Shown: positions 63,279 through 64,000 of the stretch, in pieces | Layout: each line of letters opens with the position of its first letter | Numbering within the stretch: position 1 is the stretch's first letter | Source: the human T2T-CHM13v2.0 reference genome, Homo sapiens | DNA: 64,000 nucleotides | Assembly: GCF_009914755.1 (NCBI RefSeq) | Contig: NC_060929.1 | Direction: 5' to 3' (one strand) | Translations under genes and position numbers: made by a program | Notes under the pieces: model-generated | What the model was told of the DNA's origin: nothing | The model's database searches: none | Seen by the model: the letters and a program-made list of their open reading frames with translations, nothing else

Positions 63279-64000
63279 CTATTAAAAAAAAAAATTGAAG
63301 ATTTTATCTTACATTTTGTTTTTAAAATTGTTATAATTTGACCTCAACTAATTATTATAATCTAATTGATTGTTAGAAAATGACCAAATCTACCAGTATG
63401 TTGTCACTAAACTACAGAGAGTTTAGAAATATATGTGTATTTTATATATATACATAATGCAATAATATAGGTAATATTCAGTGGCATCAACCTTAATACT
63501 CTTTATGTACATTACAAAATCTGTCAAAATCTGTCAGTTCACACCAAATAATGTTTTCATTACAAAAAATATACATTTGTCTGATTCACTACTGAATCCT
63601 CAGTGTGAAGAACAGTTACTGGCAGAGGCATGTACATACAAAAAAATTGCTGAATATATAAATCAGTTTGCAATAAAAAATATTTTGAGTATTACAAAAT
63701 GCTAATTTTTCAGTTTTCTTTCTTCCTGATATAATTATTTGGCATACACTAACAGCTGAATTATGTTATACAGAAAATATATAATAAATAATAAATCCCT
63801 AATAATTATATTTTATCAATCTGGTCAATAACCAGAAACTTGATGAAAACCCAGGAAAAGTCACTGGATAAGCTGTTCGTGGTGGGAACACATGTTTAAT
63901 TAAAATATTATATAGTTAAGTGTTTTATAGCACTCGAAAGTGTTTTTATAAATATAATCATAATGATATATGATAACCAGGACAGATAGCCAGCCCATTT

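Overview
Human (primate) genomic DNA, AT-rich and repeat-dense, lying inside the RAPGEF6 (PDZ-GEF2) gene on the minus strand. Four coding exons have canonical AG/GT ends and join in one frame: 63278-63222, 52410-52327, 21984-21915 and 8132-7989. They encode RLMSARARYERYSGNQVLFC-SETIARCWYILLSGSVLVKGSMVLPPC-SFGKQFGGKRGCDCLVLEPSEMIV-VENAKDNEDS...NSYLS, which I recognise from memory as the RAPGEF6 N-terminus (about exons 3-6). The 30-kb intron holds a complete but coding-dead HERV-H-like provirus (31737-42118, + strand, CATAC target-site duplication, tRNA-Phe-type PBS, probably HERV-H/F) inserted in an old L1. Its env is split by a 1.66-kb LTR12 solo LTR that points in the same direction as RAPGEF6. 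The rest is about 34 Alus, L1M fragments, MER4-group, ERVL and MaLR LTRs, and Tigger/Charlie DNA transposon relics. I found no evidence of a new protein-coding system. The best leads are regulatory or structural: a sense LTR12 promoter that could make an N-truncated RAPGEF6, convergent LTR promoters, and several template-switch scars. Repeat subfamily names come from recall of consensus sequences, not from a database search, and most repeat boundaries are approximate.
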